The notes: generated by a model from the sequence alone, not told the origin. DNA of 64,000 bases from Paraphysomonas bandaiensis (GCA_965644295.1 CBFFRP010000338.1:186001-250000), one strand, 5' to 3'; shown: positions 1 to 13,005, numbered from the stretch's first letter. Numbers and translations: made by a program.

Positions 1-40
1 GGTTTCCCCATCACCGACTTTTCTAATGCCCCCTGTGGTA

Positions 41-109
41 GTTGATTCCGTGGTAGTTGATTCCGTGGTAGTTGATTCCGTGGTAGTTGATTCCGTGGTA
101 GTTGATTCC
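41..109. repeat. 15-bp minisatellite (TGGTAGTTGATTCCG, ~4.5 copies)
   Basis: Directly visible tandem copies of GTGGTAGTTGATTCC. Confidence 0.95.
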
Positions 110-624
110 ATGCTACTATGATATGTTCTCGCTGTTATTATGTTCTGTATGTATGATACCATGCTGTGATGAGAGAGCTCCTCCTTCAACACCCACCTCC
201 CTGGATCTATTACTCACCAGCAACACCATACATACCACTGGTCACTCATCATCACCACTTATATAGTTCCACACCATTATGGTGCGGGCTTGAGTACGGT
301 ACCTTCCACATTTTACAGAAAAACTTGTGGATTTGTATGCAAAAGTCTAGATAGGATATACATTTTCCCAATTTTTTTCATTAATTACGATATATCGGAA
401 ATATTTTGAACGGATTACATGACAGGTGTCATGAGAGGTTTGGAACCATTTATCATACACTCTATGTCTCAATCTTAGTTGAATTCTATCCAATCATTCT
501 TCCTTATATATATACTCATACACACTGAACCTCATCTTCTATCTACTTAACATCATCATATATACACAAGTATGATCTATCCATACCATACCATACCATA
601 CCACTATAAGATATATCTTATATT

Positions 625-3422
625 ATGAATAATATGAATCATTGGAATCAATTACAACATAAATTATCAATTGATAATAAATCTAATAGAAGACGTATAG
701 AATTTATAGAATCTAAACATCAGAAACTATCAAATCCAATCAAATCAAATACTATGAATAATAAATCAATAACAAAAACGAAATCAATTAAAACTAAAGG
801 AATATATCCTGCTGATGCTGTATTAGAACACATTAAATGGCATACAATTAGACGGTATGATAATATGATTGTAGACTATAACATTTTTCATTTCTTTATA
901 GGGCTGGTCCTGGAATGTTTAATCATGGAAATACATGTTTCTTGAACTCTGTTTTACAATGTCTTGTACACACTCCTCCACTTGCTCAAATTTTACTTCA
1001 AGATCCCCGTGCAACCAGTGGGATTGTTCGCTTAGAAGGGCATAATGCAGCAATACTTATAATATTCAAGAGGTAAGGGTCCCTACGTTATATTGAAGAT
1101 ATATTGGTTTGTATGTGAGGTGTTTGCTGTAATGAGTTGTGCTGTTTGCGCAGATTGGTGGAAGAGGTATGGTCTCCCTCTCCTGGGAAGTCCATATCAC
1201 CTCGTGGAATGGTGAACAGCATACGACGAGTTGCACGACAATTTCGCCCACATAGACAGGTACGTAGTAGTTCGCCATGTATAGCTTGTATAACTTTGCT
1301 ACAGGAGGATTCGCATGAATATTTACGTGAGCTATTGAACTGCATGCATGAAGAGTCGCTAAAAGGCCACCATGTGAAGAGTAGTGATGGAGCATTGGCA
1401 GAAACCACAGTGATAAGTCGTGTTTTTGGCGGCTATCTATGTAACGTTCTCAAGTGCTGCAAATGCAAATATGCATCCCGTACTTTCAATCATTTTCAAG
1501 ATCTTTCTCTCGATGTTACACAGGGGATCCGATCTATCCAGGATGCCATTGCATCCTTTACAAAGCCTGAAAAACTCGGCAATGGCAACGAATGGAATTG
1601 TGATGGCTGTAAGCGTAAGGTTCATGCTGTCAAGCAAATGACGATATCCACTCCTCCTGCCGTGTTGGTTCTTCATCTGAAAAGGTTTTCGTTTGGCAAT
1701 ATGTTCGACAAAATAAAGAAACATATCGCGTTTCCACCCGTTCTGGATGTTCCGACAGCTCCGGCAGACTCCCGCACAGGAGCGAATACAGAACGATACG
1801 ACCTTTGTGGTATGGTTGTGCATCATGGCCATTCTGTGCATTCCGGGCATTATGTTGCATTCGTAAAGGTGAATTATGTCGTGCGTGTTTACTTCGATGT
1901 CCGCTGACAATGCATCGTTATCTTATAGGCATCCAATGGCCAATGGTATGAAATGGACGACTCGACAGTATCTCAGACATCCATTAAGACTGTACTAAAG
2001 CAGCAAGCATATATTCTGTTTTACGTGAAATCAGCTCCTCCTCTATCGAAACCACCCACCCCTCCAAAATCTAGGGAGAATGAACTCGCCACCCTCCCTA
2101 ATGTTTCGAATATTCCCCCAACTGTTTCCACCGCACAGCAGTTAAAGCAAACACAGAAGAGTCGCAAGAGTGACGTAGCGCATGATCTTGGTGCTCCAGT
2201 GTTGGATGGCGTGGTTGGAGTTAAACGTAAAGCATCACTGGACCTGCTCAATGGTCATGGAAGCAAAATAGCAACCAGTGCATCAGCTGCGGCTGTGTAC
2301 TCATCAAGTGAGAGCGAGTCAGTCTATGACAGCGCCTGTGAAGAGTCCAGTACTAACAACACCTCGGAAGATGACTCCGACTTTGAGGTGAGGCTGGCCA
2401 AACGGTTGTCGTGGAGAATTGGTATATTCAGGTACGAAATGTGCTAGTTGTATGAAAAACTTTCACCCTGTTTCTGTTGTAGATTTAAGGGCATCATTGG
2501 GCGACTGTCCCAGTGGAAGAAACGAGTGCATCGGAAGCCTTTACGAATGAGCAACAATGCGATAAATGGAAAGGCTACACCAGTATTTGACCATGAGGGC
2601 TTAACTAATAGAGTAGAAAACAACGTCTGTTCTCGTGAATCCCCTTCAAAGTATTCGAGAAACCAGGGTGCGGCAGAAAGCTCGGACTCATCTTCCCCAA
2701 GTCCGTCCCCAGAGCTATCGAGGAATACGCACTCCGCTCGTCAACAATACACTCTCAGTAGCACCAATAAAGACGTACGCCAGGATTTGATTGCGTTGAG
2801 TATGCGTGGTCGCGATACTGGTGGTGAGGGCATGTGGGAAGGAGACGGAGTGGTGACAGATGATGTTATTAAGACACTGGAATCTTCCCAGAAGAAAGTG
2901 CGTCGGGAGGAACAGAAGATGTTGTCGAAGCGGAAGGTGTCAGAGTGGGATCGCATGCTAGATTCAGGACGACAGAAAAAAGTCAAAAAGAAGGAGGAAA
3001 AACAGAATGTTGATGACGATGTTAATCATTTTCAGTCCTTCCAAGACAAACTTGCTGCTGGTGAGGATTTCCAAGGCCGAAGTGCTGACACTCCGAACGG
3101 GCAGCGAGGCGTCTATTCCGATGATGACAACGAGGGGACTGGAGAAAACCTTGATGACTATGATGTATCATCTGGGCGGGGACAGCGTCGTTCTCATGGA
3201 CAGCAGTTCGGGCGTCATGGTAGAGGTGGTGGCCGAGGCGGAATCAAAGAGTGGGGAAGAGGTGGCGGATTCCGAGGTGGAAAAGGGGGACACGGTAGAA
3301 GTAGTAATGGGGGGGGAGGCAGTTGGCGTGGCGGAAGTGGCGGTAGAGTAGGAGGACGAGGACGGGGGAAAGTCACTGGTAGAGACTCGGGCGCTCGACG
3401 TGGTAGAGGAGGGCGGTTTTAA
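625..3422 (+). CDS. USP36: Ubiquitin carboxyl-terminal hydrolase, USP36/USP42-like, multi-exon, with C-terminal RGG tail
   Basis: Cys box [18 protein letters not shown] in the exon starting ~901, [14 protein letters not shown], His box [16 protein letters not shown] and WYEMDD. C-terminal [15 protein letters not shown] resembles the USP36 tail. Several short GT-AG introns. Confidence 0.9.
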
Positions 3423-3779
3423 TAGATCTTTCACTATTTATAGCTGTGCCACAACTAGTAGTGTTGATGTCTATTGAGTATTGATACGATAATATACACG
3501 AGATAGCATATGTTTTCTGCGTGTCATTTGTGGATTGTTGGATATCTTAGTTGCAACACGTTAGATTATTCATCATATTGTAGCTGTTATTTTTACATGG
3601 GGAGAGAATGATAAATGTGATGAGACAGTGATACTATATGGGAAATGAATTGCAATATGTTTTGTTTGCAATTGTTCATTTTTAGTAAGCCTCTATCGCT
3701 AATCAATAATCGATATGATATGCTTGTTGACAACGTCAAGAATGTTAGCGTACCTATGCTTGCATAACTATTTATTGGT

Positions 3780-4287
3780 ATATTGAAAGTCTTATTATTA
3801 GCAATAGGCGTTAAAAACCTGCACCAACTTAGTAGCGAGATGAATTCTAGACAAACTAGTTAGACCTCTAGCTGTAGCTAATCATTACACACTTTTTTAT
3901 CCTTATAATTAGCGCTTACTGAAGCTGCTTGTGCGTCGCCGCAAGCACCAAGGTGCGACCACTTCCGCTCTGAGTTCTTAAGGTGAACATCCCGGATGCT
4001 TGACTTCAGCAGGCAGCCCAATACCCCGGTTACCCTTCAGGTGGGCCCTGTCCCGGATGCCCTTGAGGTGGGCCCATTCCCGGATGCCTGTTTATTCGTC
4101 AGGGCCCAAAGACGTCTACACAAGTGACACTTATTGGTGTCCCTTGTACCACACAAGCATTCGGCTATGAGTGGGCAGAATAATATCTGCTGACTATGTT
4201 TGCAGCTCACGTTTTAGTTTCCCAGAGAGAATCTCTCCGGTACTTATCCCCCAGAACAAAAAGGTGCGAGTCCGACTTTGTTGAGGG
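3780..4287. mobile_element. GC-rich SINE-like element, copy 1 (longest)
   Basis: 3982-4285 is nearly identical to the reverse complement of 17854-18162. Flanked by ACTATTTAT(T/C)GGT at 3767-3779 and 4288-4300. Confidence 0.75.
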
Positions 4288-4400
4288 ACTATTTATCGGT
4301 GAGAGTGCAACTATTATCGGCATTTATTGTCAATTAGTTGTCTCCATTTTGATGACATAACGTTTTATTTATTAAGAAGCACAAGCTTTTACGTGGCTGT

Positions 4401-4625
4401 ACCTTGGTGCTTGCGGTGACGCACACTTGAGGTGGGCCCATTCCCGGGTGTTTATTTTTGTTAAAAGGCACAAAGACGTCTACACAAGTGACACTTATTC
4501 GTGTCCCTCTTGCACCACAAAAACATATTTGGCTATATGAGTGGACAGAACATTATTTGCTAACTACTATTATACAGCTCACATTCGTTTCCCGGAAAAA
4601 CGTGACTCCGACTTTGTTGAGGGGG
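4401..4625. mobile_element. SINE-like element, diverged copy 3, with an inverted 25-bp module at 4401-4425
   Basis: 4426-4625 aligns to 4062-4287. 4401-4425 is the reverse complement of 3930-3954 with 1 mismatch. Confidence 0.75.
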
Positions 4626-5231
4626 ATAAAACATCTATCACAAACAGTGGTAGTGCTATACGAATACTTTCATGTAGGCAGTTTGGTTTGTGCTTCTTTT
4701 AAACGAATTCACATCTGTATTAATTTGTACAAACACAAAACGCATTGAAATAATGTACTCCAGCTGAAATCTATCCGTCAACACTAAACCATATGTGCTC
4801 GGCAACATTTCCTTGATGATATGAGCTATGATCAGTAGCTCTATAGCTTAAGATGCTATATAGTGAAACCAGCCAATAAATTGGAAACATTTACCAATAA
4901 TTATAATAATTACCAACTAATTGAAATCCAATTAACTGATATGCAATTCTGCCTATATCTAGTAACAGATCATGTTGGTATATATATATGTATACACCTC
5001 TTTGAGATTTTCTATTTGAGAGCAATTAATAGATGGAAGAATACAGTTTTAAGTAACAGTATGACATAAATTATTGAGATGATAGGAATAAGAGTAATGA
5101 AGCTGAAACATATTTACTGTATAAGACTGTGTCTATATACTGTATAATATATAAGATCGTATAGAAATAATTGGTAGTTGAGATAACATAAATTTGGCGA
5201 ATGTCAGGAATGATATGATAAGCGGTAAGAT

Positions 5232-5623
5232 AATATGATTATAATATTGAATAATATAGTGTTACTAAGTTGTTACTAAGTGTGAATAGAAGTAAGTGTT
5301 ACTAAGAAGTGTCGAAAGGTTATGTAAATATGATTATAATATTGAATAATATAGTGTTACTAAGTTGTTACTAAGTGTGAATAGAAGTAAGTGTTACTAA
5401 GTGTCGAAAGGTTATGTAAGTGTTACGTTGTATCGAATAATATAGTGTTACTAAGTTGTTACTAAGTGTGAATAGAAGTAAGTGTTACTAAGAAGTGTCG
5501 AAAGGTTATGTAAATATGATTATAATATTGAATAATATAGTGTTACTAAGTTGTTACTAAGTGTGAATAGAAGTAAGTGTTACTAAGTGTCGAAAGGTTA
5601 TGTAAGTGTTACGTTGTATCGAA
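5232..5623. repeat. Minisatellite with ~91-95 bp monomers in a 186-bp higher-order duplication
   Basis: The unit GAATAATATAGTGTTACTAAGTTGTTACTAAGTGTGAATAGAAGTAAGTGTTACTAAG..TGTCGAAAGGTTATGTAA occurs 4 times. The block at 5249 recurs at 5435. Confidence 0.95.
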
Positions 5624-6004
5624 TGTTAGTTAATGGTAAAAATGAAACAAACTAAGACTAAGGAACAGATAGCAAAAATATACTAAGTAGAAACAAACGA
5701 TGCAGGAAGAAGTGTTAAGTCAGCCGACGGAAATGAATTGGTTTCAGTGAGCTGGTCATGATACCGTGATGTCTCCAGTTCGGCTGTTCGAGCTGCCACA
5801 TGCTGCTGCTCGTTTAAAGTATCCATTCTCTTGCGGCGAATATTAGTAACGATTTGAATCATTTCATCCAGTGTATCTGGACAAGTAAGAGCATGCAATG
5901 TCTGATAGAAGGGATCAGGACTGCGGTCTTCCATGATCGAACACTCTGCAGGATCGAACACTCTGCAGGATTGTAAAAGGCAAGGGAGTAAAATCTTCCT
6001 CAAG

Positions 6005-6066
6005 CTCCAGAGCGCAAGTAAAACTCCAGGATTGTCAGGCAAGGGAGTTTTACTTGCGCTCTGGAG
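6005..6066. repeat. Perfect 23-bp inverted repeat with a 16-nt loop
   Basis: CTCCAGAGCGCAAGTAAAACTCC (6005-6027) pairs with GGAGTTTTACTTGCGCTCTGGAG (6044-6066). Confidence 0.95.
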
Positions 6067-6562
6067 TTTATTCTGGATACGAGTGTATGGATGGGAGTTC
6101 TATGAGGTCTACTGGGATCCCCTTCGCGCTAACAAGAACAAAAGCGTCGTTTTTCATCGTCTTGTCTAAAAAAATATTCCGCAGAAGCCAATCAGAAATG
6201 GAGCATGCCAATAAAGAAGTGTCACTCCAGACAACACTCACTGTGAGGATACGAATCTTAGTCGTGATGATAACCCTGACTTGATTGCAGTGAAGTTGTG
6301 ATTGTATAGTAATCGCAAATGCTATGCGGCTGACTAAAGTGTGACGTCGAACAGAACATTGAAGTATTGGCAGGCACTGGTATATGAACAGCGTTTTGGA
6401 ACTCCAAGAAGCAGATTAGGGATGGTTTGAGGGAGCAAGATACCATCATCCAGCTGAAATCTTGATGTCATGTTGCAGAAACCGCAACTTCAATTTTGAA
6501 GTAGCGAATGCCACGCACTTAGATAGTGATTTCTTGGAATTCCAATAAGGCAACAATTCTGT

Positions 6563-6722
6563 CTGTGGGAATAAGATCAAGCAGAATATGTCGATCCAGC
6601 AAAAAAATCCAGGCTTTTTTGATGCATGTTGTTTTTTGACGAATATATTTCAGAGAAATAACGAAAAAAGGTCGATTTTTTTGCTGGATCGACTATTCTG
6701 CTGGATCGACTTATTCCCACAG
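6563..6722. mobile_element. Palindromic MITE (GTCGATCCAGCA family)
   Basis: Termini CTGTGGGAATAAG / CTTATTCCCACAG, with inner GTCGATCCAGCAAAAAAATC / GATTTTTTTGCTGGATCGAC. A second, inverted copy lies at ~23733-23860. Confidence 0.75.
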
Positions 6723-7883
6723 AGTCGGACGGATTTTGAGAGAGCGAACACACTGTGAATCGTGCCATTATTAACTGTGAGTTCGTATAGCAAGCTTCAT
6801 TACTATGCGGGAGAGCTATTGTAAAGGTTTATGCCTCATTATCGTCAAAATGAGCGTGACAAGTGGGTTCCCGTGACCTGTAGAAAAGCGGAGAGTGTAT
6901 GTCTCGAGGTTATTGAAGACGACGCAACCAAGCAGTATGCCTATTAGTATTGGAGGGGAGTAAAGCATTTAAAATGCGCAGAGAAAGTTCAGTCCGAGTA
7001 CGTCGTTGATTCATGTGCTGATTTACAGCATGAAACCGTGTTTGAAATGGAAAAAGAAGACCATGCAGGTGAGGTAGTGGAAATGCTCGACTTACTGAGC
7101 AATGCTCTCAGTCGTGGTAAAAAGAGAAATAATGCATCAGAAATGGCTTTAAGCTCCAGAGACTCCCGGCTAGTGTCAGGTAATAAGTAGTGGTTATAGA
7201 GACTAGAGTAGTAGAGTGTGTAGCTGGAGTACTATTGGGCTGTTGAGTAATAATCAGTTCATTCATTGGGGTACAGTTATTGCTTTTCTGTTACATGCGC
7301 AAGCAATAATGAGAACTAGATGGTGTACTGTAATGAACTATATAAGATTAGGTGAAATTTATATATGCTCAAGATTTGTCGTTAATTTGCAGCAAACGCA
7401 TGCATGTGTATGTAAGATTAATCATAGTTTGTAATTAAAGTATTGAGTGAATTTCGTTCAATTAATTACGCCATTACCATTCTATTATGCCTAATCTTGA
7501 TACTGACAACATGATTTTGTAGGGGACCTTAGGTGAGTAATACGAACCACATTCTGATGTCCTCAGAAACCACCATCCTATCATTATCGACTAATGACGT
7601 ACCGCAAGCCCTGTGGTCGAAAAATGTTAGCTATAGCACAATTCCCATCTGCTTCTTCGCACATCCACAAATTGAAAATGATAACAACTGTATAATTATA
7701 TTTTACTTTGTTCTCGTACATCAATATACAAAGAACTAATAATCAGCAGGGCTATTCACATATACGTGATAGCAACTAGCGATAACAAAGAAGCAGTAGC
7801 CGACAATATGCATCCCGCCCACGTTTAGATCAATTGAAAAATGGATCCATGGCAGAATCAGCTACCGAGTCCATAGAAATGAA

Positions 7884-9212
7884 CTACTGATACATAGCGA
7901 CGGTGGCTGAGGCTCCCGACGAAGAGGAGCATGCGGCAACTCCTAAGTCATCCGCGAAGTCCACGTCCAAAGCAAAGCAATCATCCAAAGTCTGCTCAAG
8001 TGCAAAGGTCTTTCCACCATCGGTAGTTTTATAAAAGAGCCCAGAGAGAGTGCGGCCGTCTTTTGCGGTACCTGCCAGCCATCCCTCAGTTTCGGAAACC
8101 CAGGAAGCACCCATGAGGCTTACTGCGTCGCTCGGCACGGCACCAGAAGCTGTACAGTCAAATTAAAAATTATACTAAAGTATACAAAACACACAAACTA
8201 CTTTCATGTAACATGAATATGTAGCATGTACTTACCAGAGAGAGTCTCCTGCCACGTCTCACCCCCGTCGAAAGTAACAAACGCCTTGCAGTCTGTGACA
8301 TAATTAAGGCCTTCCGCTACTGCAACGCAGTGAGACTCCGACGAACAGTCAATCGCATTGAAGTAGTAGGTATCTGTTGGGGCACTCTGGAATACGGTGG
8401 TCCAGGATGCTCCGCCATCAGTTGTTTTGGAGATAGATCCCCACCAGCCGTCCGCTCCAACAGTCTCATTATGAGAAGAGAATCGGAGGGGGCTCTCCCT
8501 TGAGGGTGAAAGAGATGCACGTGAAGAAAGGTGGATATCATCCTTTTCTATTCCTTGAGTAGAGCTCGAGCCCCACATTCCCCGAGTTACATACCAGGTT
8601 GTCTGCAACAGTAGTGAGTGCTATATAACACCGGCTAGAGTGTTCGTTCTCACCTTGCTGGGAAAAGAGCCATAGCGCACACTATCTCCAATTTCAGAAA
8701 TAGTCCATGATTCACCAGCATCAGGAGAATGGGCAACGCCATAAGTTATTGGGTCCTTAGCAGGGGTAGTAAAGCCACCAACTAGCCCTATGTCAGAGCC
8801 ATCGCCAAATACAGTTGCAGACTGACTGAGGCCCATGACTGACTCCTGAACGGTATAAGTCTCTCCTCCATCAGTAGATGTCACAATAGGAAACATAGAT
8901 GCTAATAAATACATAATCATATCAAATAATAATAGATAAGTAGTGAGATCACATACATGCCACGATCACTTGATCGGATGCAGCAGAGTCCATAATAAGA
9001 CCAGCAGGTACTTGTGTTTTTCCCCAATTATTTCCATCATATTTTTCTACAAATGCTCCAATACCATTTTGTGATGCTGCAGCAACATCTAATGTTTGTG
9101 AAGAGGCACCAACACCTACAATAGTTGTAGCACTTGTACCACTAGTTAATGTCCATTCTTTTGCTGCTGTAGCAGTGAAATATAATGCACCAATAAAAGC
9201 CTTATAAATCAT
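7884..9212 (-). CDS. Secreted BNR/Asp-box repeat (beta-propeller) protein, multi-exon
   Basis: Signal peptide MIYKAFIGALYFTATAA. Asp-box motifs STDGGETY, SPDAGESW, TTDGGASW, TFDGGETW and TTDGGKTF. Short introns join four ORF segments. Confidence 0.8.
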
Positions 9213-9828
9213 ATTTTTAATATGTGTTTGTTGATAGATTATGTTGTGATTTAATGGGAGGTTACTTATAGTATCACTGCTATGGTTAGTCATCTATAAC
9301 ATATACAGATATACACACTGTTACACTGCAGTGTATGTATGTATGTGATAGTATCATATCTGATATTCTATCATAGAAAATCTAGTAGAAAATACAGAAA
9401 TATACATAAAAAATCAATATTTTTGTAATATTTAATCCATATATTGCAATATTTTGGGATATTTTAGTGCGATCTTTTACAATTTTTTGGTGAAATGTTC
9501 TAAACTGCCCATCTATTCAGATCTCAAACAGTCACCTTAAATTTTCAGTTTTAGTATAATTGTTTTTATACCATGGATGTAGGAAGTGATGTGTCCGTAT
9601 ACCATATACATGTACATACTGTATATATAGAGACCAAGTACACAGCAGCGTAGTACTGTATACAGCGCTCTGTATGGTGGTCTGTACTGTGGAGTTGGAA
9701 GTTAGTGGCTTCTATTAAGAGTGTCTGGTGTGGAAGAATCCTACCATATATATATATAACTCATCTCATATATTGAGTTACGTTAACTCAATTTAATTAC
9801 TGATATACTTAGTCTCTATATATCCAAC

Positions 9829-10619
9829 ATGAACTCTAATATGTCAATGGGAAGGGCATTGTTTAGTATGTATAATTCATATAGTCACACTCATTGCAAA
9901 GTTATGCCATTGCAATATATTAGAAGACAATTATGTCATACTGATGTTATTAAAAGATTTCAAGCTGAAAGAAAAATGAAAACACTCTGTGCTTCATTAA
10001 ATCAGAATATTAAGACTACAAAGAAGAAAATACGTAATGATCGTGATAGAAATCGTTTCAATGAGCTCTATGAAGTTATGGAAAAACGAGATTTTGTAGT
10101 GGATAACAAAACTAATCCAGGGTATTTATATTTATCAAAGTATGGACCTAATGGAGAATTTATTAATGTTTCTATTTGGAAAGAGGTTCGTGTGCACATA
10201 ACTTTTAGTTCGTGGATGATATCTATATTTTTACGCAGGACGACCATGTGCATGTTGAAACGAAGCTGGAAAAAGTAAATGTCCAAGAGTTTTGTATGAA
10301 ATTCCACTGTGTATCTATGAAAGATTCATTGGGCATGTTTGCTGTTGAAGTAGTGCCTTCTGATGCTGATGACTCGACTGCCGTATATGGAGGAAGAGTA
10401 ATAAGGGACATGCAGGACGATCTAAAGAAAGCATTCATGAAGTATTTAGAATCGCTTGGAATAGATTCACAGCTTGCAAAGTTTGCAGCTACGTATTGCC
10501 GCCAGAAGTATACTCACGACACATGGACCTTTCTTAAGAATTTCAAAGATTTTGCAGTAGATGACGAACTTGTTGTAGAAACAAAAGGTAGTGCCATTGA
10601 AGAGAACGCGAAAGTGTAG
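9829..10619 (+). CDS. Mitochondrial glycoprotein (MAM33/C1QBP family)
   Basis: C-terminus MQDDLKKAFMKYLESLGIDSQLAKFAATYCRQKYTHDTWTFLKNFKDF fits the MAM33 tail pattern. The N-terminus looks like a presequence. One intron at ~10186-10238. Confidence 0.7.
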
Positions 10620-11334
10620 CTATGTTGTCACAGCCTCATGTGATTATATAATTTAAATAATTTATTTATATGAAATCTGATTTATAGCTAGTCTTAGTAT
10701 TTAGTAAAGAAAAACTTCGTATTATTAGAGATTAGAGATACAGACTGATTATATATAGACTTCATATGAAGGATACTATGCCCTAATAGTATGATAGCAA
10801 GACACGTCTGAACACAGCGTTAGCACCACACACATGTGCGTATCTTTGACAGTTTGGTAATTATTTATTCCACGTGCGACAGCTAGAATATACTGCTGCA
10901 TGTACTAGTTAGCGGTTAGCGGGCTACTCCTTGTTATAGATATGTGTGCCCGCGTGATTTAAATATTCAATAGTCACCTCGCATTTATGAAGGCAAGCGT
11001 AGAAAAGGTACAGTACTTCTTTAATTAGTATTGTACGATTGCTCAAATTCTTGATACACGTACAACATATATTGCTAAAAGACAAAAATTGATAGAGGAT
11101 GTACGTTTTTCTCCTCGGCTATCCGCTACTCTCGACAGTGGTACAGGAGTGGGGCGGAGTGGAATAGTAGACATAATTTATCTCACAATTACGTGGTTGT
11201 CACAAATTTAAGAGAACAAATTATCACTATACGACCAAAACTTAAAGTTACAGATAGCCACTTACATATCAAATAAGTCAATTTCTTCTAACTATATACG
11301 GTTTCTACACATATATATTCAGTGTCGCCAATTA

Positions 11335-12085
11335 CTACGAGGAATCAGATGAATCATAGCCCGAGAGTAGAGACATTACTCCACCACCAGAATTATTTCC
11401 CGCTGGCTTCTTCTCTTCAGGTTTCTGATTAGCTTCTTTTGCTTCAACGCTACGCAGACACATCAATTAGGGGCCACAGAGAATTACACATACGTACCGC
11501 ACTGTTTTTTCTTTAGGTTTTGGTGCATCATTACTCTCAGTAGACGGTCCCTTTCGCTTTTTGTGCTTTACTACTACAGCCAACAGTAAGTACACCATAA
11601 TTCAAAACATGTGCATATCACCTATCTTGGGGGCGCTTGCTGGGGCTGCAGAAGGTTTAATCATTTTAGAAAGTGATATGGACGAGGTAGCTGCATGTTT
11701 TGAGCTTCTAAAGACGGCAAGTTCTTTTTCTTCTTCTTCTTTCTGTTTAGTCATTTGTTGCTTACGCAACTGCTCCATATGCTGAAAGTATTCTACATCT
11801 TCTTCATCTAACGCCTTCGGTGGGGCTACACAATAAATACATCTATGAATAATACGATAACATTCATAGTTATAATCAACCAAATATAAGCTTCGTATTG
11901 GCATCATATTCAGCTTGTTTTTTCTCTTGTTGTTCAGCAAGTTGTTCAAATAGAGGCTTCGAAGCAGCCCGTTCAGCTGCTATTCTAGCTGCACGTGTAT
12001 CTTCTGTTTCTTTCTTCTCTTCTTTCTCATATCCAATACCATCACTCGATGATAGTACACTAGTTGAAACAAAATGAAGTGCCAT
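11335..12085 (-). CDS. PSME3IP1: PSME3-interacting protein / FAM192A (NIP30)-like, multi-exon
   Basis: FVSTSVL...KPLFEQLAEQQEKKQAEYD...PPKALDEEDVEYF...EEEKELAVFR. Ends LLSGYDSSDSS*. Confidence 0.8.
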
Positions 12086-13005
12086 GTGTTATTATATATA
12101 CTTAATAGGGTGTATATACTATTATGAATGTTGTTATTGTTGTGTACAGAGACAGTCATACTGGCACTCTACTCATACAGCAGTGTGAGTGTATATGCGT
12201 ACCATATGACTGTACAGCAGTACACTAGTAGTATGTATGTTGCAGTACATACACAGGAGGTGGTTGTATTCCACCACATCTGTAGCCAATGAGAAGTATG
12301 GAAAAGAGTATTATTGGCTAGTATCTAATGCACATCAGCTATTGTCCACATCCTCCTATATACAACACACTTGAGCCATATATAGATACAGATATCAACA
12401 ACATCTTGACTGTGGAGCTGTAGTGGTGACATACCATAGTTAGAAACAACAGTCTATCTGCAGACAGCATCTCATAAGCATCTATTAGGTGAAAGTAATA
12501 GAATACAAATGATACAGACAGTGTAGTACTTTGAAGTTTGAAGATATACATAGACATAAATCTACTGCAGGTTGTTGGACTGAACACAAGATAAGTGATA
12601 AACACTGTTACATTGATTGAGAGAAATAGATACTTTATTTAGTAGTAAGATCGTGAACGACTGTTGATGCGTTAAGTATGGTACCACAATACTGAAAGTA
12701 GTAGAAACGTACGTCGTAACTCTGTTGACAAAATAATAATATATACCGATTTACACTGCGCTACCCTACTCTTCTGTAAAGGTCGTCTCCGCCTATTCGA
12801 GGCAGCATATTATTTTATTATGCGCACTTTGAGTACAACTTTTATTACGTCATAAGTACATTCTTCAAGCACAATATAATAAGCATCTACTTGAAGCACA
12901 AGAACTGTACACACTACAACCGCCAATGCACATTCAGCACTTCTTTAATGTACAAAAAGAGTTCTTTTCACAACACATGAATCAAAATTGTGTGGTACAC
13001 ATGAC

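Larger units (their letters stand above)
3755..4954 (+). mobile_element. Old hAT-type MITE (family B), interrupted by two SINE-like copies
   Basis: Start GCTTGCATAACTATTTATTGG resembles 35152 GCTTGCGTAACAATTAATTGG. Internal TGGTAGTGCTATAC and ATGATCAGTAGCTCTA..TTAAGATGCTATA match 35380-35492. No intact TSD. Confidence 0.6.

Noticed and set aside
41-109. Possible telomere or CRISPR array
   Set aside because: A 15-bp unit with no spacers, internal position and no telomere-like G-run motif.
5232-5623. CRISPR-like repeat array
   Set aside because: The sequence between repeats is itself repeated (no unique spacers), there are no cas genes, and the context is eukaryotic.
5683-6550. Coding-like DNA including a 119-aa minus-strand ORF
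   Set aside because: No recognisable domain and frames are broken. Probably a decayed transposon fragment, but this cannot be supported.
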